From Convolutriloba macropyga (lineage: Eukaryota): a DNA stretch of 64,000 bases. Below the pieces are notes generated by a model. It had not been told where the DNA came from. It made no database searches and saw only the letters and a program-made list of their open reading frames with translations. The translations under genes and the position numbers were made by a program. Below, in pieces: positions 61,011 to 64,000 of the stretch. The stretch spans positions 32,984,001 to 33,048,000 of the forward strand of contig NC_134481.1 in assembly GCF_964194025.1 (NCBI RefSeq), given 5' to 3'. Numbering within the stretch: the stretch's first letter is position 1; the number at the start of each line of letters is the position of its first letter.

Positions 61011-62049
61011 AACGGAACTGACTATTCTCCAGCTGATGAGAATATTCAAAAGACCAGAAAAAGCTAGTTCGAGATAACCAATTGTTCCCAAAAAAGTGTT
61101 CGTTATGGGAATATTCCACGAGATGAAAACTTTACAGGAGCTTAATCATTAAACGATCAACTTGAGCAAGACGGACGTCTCAAGCATATTTTGCAGCTCA
61201 AACAATTATCTTAAAAGTATACGGTACCAAAAAAACTGGAGAGTACATCTTGACTGCGACTGAATCACTAACCTGAAAAACAACCTAAAGATAACGTCCT
61301 TTACAAGTTGTACGATCCAGAAGTAGACAAAGCAAACGGTGGAAGGGTTGATTACCATAGTACCAGAGATTGCAATTGCGGTTCCTTCAGTGGATAACTA
61401 GAGTGTTTACTTTGCCTTTTCTCACAGTGATAATCAGGTAACAAATATAAAGGAGATTTTTTGTGTTTGAAATTGCTCGCACTGACCTTCAGTTTACAGA
61501 GTTTAAAAAACAAACTTCTTGTCTAAACTTCTTGTCTACTCTTTGCTTCACTCACAGTGACCGTCAGGTTACACTGAGACAAGGAACTGAAAACAAAGGA
61601 ACTAAATAATAAGCAAACCATTGAAAACCCAATGAAAGTACGCTAGTCCCTAAAAGCAAAAAAAGCAAAACAAACAAACAAAAAAAACTGACTTCTTGTG
61701 CAAGTTGGCAACAAATATAATTTGTTGCGTTTATTGCCAAAAACAGATTTAAATCCAAGTGTAGTGGTTGCAAACGTATTAGTCCACACTACAAGCGCAT
61801 TTAGTAGAGATCTCGTACTCAAACAGGCAAGCCGATTGAAACAAGTCTAAGTACAATGACCGACCAATTCATATCAGCACTGAATTCTCCCAAGACCGCT
61901 AAAACAAAGATTATTTAATGAAAAAGTCAGAAACAGATCAACAGAATAGATCGAAAGTTTATACGTATTTGACACCTTCATCTCGAAAAGAGAAAGAGAG
62001 AGAGAGAGCGAGAGAGAGAGAGCTAGGGCTATACTTGTGTTATCATTCT

Positions 62050-63663
62050 AAATGATAGCGAGGACAACCAGGCAAAAACAGATGCTTCTCCAAAGAAGCA
62101 AAACACTCAATTTCAAAGCTCGAAATCTGCTAGATCTAAACAAGACCTGTTAATAATCTATTAAATTGCAACTGACAGTTTCTAAAACAATAACACGGTT
62201 AACTATTGAGATAATGGTGGTTTCTAATTGATGAAAAGTGATGGCATATACATGAAAAGAAGCCGATCACGTTCTGATTCCAGGCAAAACTCAGCAAGGA
62301 ATACTATCACTCATATTGGAAAGCAAGACAGATAAGCCTAAATTTTAAAGGCAAACAAATTAGATATGCCTGGTTCTCGACCAAAACAATTCTTTTAGTA
62401 CGCATATCCACAGTTCTGGAGGATAATATTTAACGAAATACACGAACTCGTAAGACAGCATGTCTGTGATAATTAATATAGCTTAATTCCTTTTCCTTCT
62501 AGAAACGCTGTACTACAATCAAGACCTCAGTATCATGCATCTTCACTATGAGAACAATATTGACACAAACCACATAACGTTCTGATACAAAAGCTTCATA
62601 ACATTGGCGTAGGAGGAAAATTAGTTGAGCTAAATTTGTCTTATCTAACGAACCACAAACGATGAGAAAGTTAACAATGAAGTATCTGGATTGCTAGAAG
62701 TCATCAGTAGCGTCCCGCAGGGTTCAATAGTCGGACCTCACTTCTTCATCATTTTCATCAACTTACCCGAACAATTAAAAGAGGTAAAGCGTTTTACTGA
62801 TCATACCAAATTCATAACAGACGCAATGTAATACAGATATGGCAACTTCAAATTTGTCAATTTGATTTAAACAAAGTCAAATAGCTATCGCAAATCGCAC
62901 CTCTTAAACGTCAAGAGAAGCAAGACGGAGTCTATTGGTCACCACCTGCTAGATCAAAAGAAAACCCAAAGCGACCATGGGCTCCAAGTTTCAGCAAACC
63001 TTTCTTGGAAGGAAAATACTCATTCAGGAAACAAACGGGATTAAGTGCACTTCTCAATCTCAAAAGAAACATTACTCAAAAGTGTCACCAAAAATCAAAG
63101 CTAAACGCTTATTTAAGTAACCACCTAATGCTCTCAGACATATTTTCATAATAGGTCGCATATGAAAGAAAGTAAAAATTCTCTGCAACATGGATTTCAA
63201 AAGTAAAACAGAACTCAAACAGCGAATTTTAACTTAAAATTCCTCCCACTCAGTCTATATTGGAATGCATGTCTTATTGAACCTTAATGCTTCGGCAGAA
63301 GGTCAATATGACGCCGGACTATCAAACATAGAATGTGTTCAAGAAAGTACTACCCGTCAACATAGCCGAGAACCACATATCAGCAAAAATCGATTACTAG
63401 GGGCTGACGTTCTTTCACCGAAAAACAATTCTGTACAACCTAGAGCTCGAAGAGTATTCAAAATATGGGAAATGTTTGTAAAAATAGTGTCCAAAATTAA
63501 TTCTTTTCCTCTCTGTAATCGCTGCACAGAGGAAAACAATTGCACCTGGCGCATTATATGCAAATGTGGAAACTGCAACGCCAATCAGAAACTAAAAACT
63601 TTGACAACTGAATGGGTGCTAAACCCCGAAGAACTTCAAATCCTTATCTACTACTACTACTAC
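62050..63663 (+). mobile_element. Degraded, 5'-truncated CR1/L2-type LINE (RT region and 3' tail)
   Basis: KLHNIGVGGKL and VISSVPQGSIVGPHFFIIFIN (RT domain 4), C-terminal CTWRIICKCGNC, and a (TAC)n tail at 63648-63663. The left boundary is approximate. Confidence 0.75.
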
Positions 63664-64000
63664 TGCGATTGTATTATCTCAAGAATATGTCCCGTTATAT
63701 AAATCAGAACGAACCTTAGACCGAGGGCAAACTCTAGTGTGAGCACACTAAATCGCTCGCGTAGCTCATTCAAGTGGCAACATATAAAAATCGTTTAGTC
63801 ACGGAAAATTGAGGGATAATTAACAGTTTTACTACAACTTTGCTTAAAATTGAATTTTTCGTCACATTCTGGCTCTGTATTACCTCGCTTTAGTTTACGT
63901 TTAAAAAAATACCACACTCGGAAATTAAGGAATTTGAGTTAAAATGTGACAAACAAAAATAATACAATATTTTATAAAAAATGCAGATTTTCGCGTGATT

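Overview
AT-rich eukaryotic (most likely invertebrate animal) genomic DNA with GT-AG introns, dense transposon debris and one assembly gap (28275-28529). All recognisable host genes are on the minus strand. In transcription order they are: a 3-exon cysteamine dioxygenase (ADO; intron 1 is about 12.5 kb), an intronless ETNPPL/PHYKPL-type class-III aminotransferase-fold gene, a 4-exon NDUFS3 carrying an intronic tRNA-Arg(TCT), an intronless 194-aa orphan ORF, and a partly resolved multi-exon gene with MATH/TRAF-like motifs. Mobile DNA includes a full-length BEL/Pao LTR element (LTRs, TSD, PBS, PPT), a TSD-bounded decayed CRE-clade non-LTR element, a probable gag-only LTR relic, CR1/L2 fragments and palindromic MITEs. 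At least two non-autonomous families have Helentron/DINE-1-type termini; one shows compensatory hairpin changes and the other a visible empty-versus-filled insertion site. I found no CRISPR array, prokaryotic system or clearly new autonomous system. The best leads are the Helentron-like families, the ADO + aminotransferase neighbourhood, the divergent ADO active-site loop and a duplicated tRNA 3' end. All calls come from reading motifs by eye; no database searches were run.
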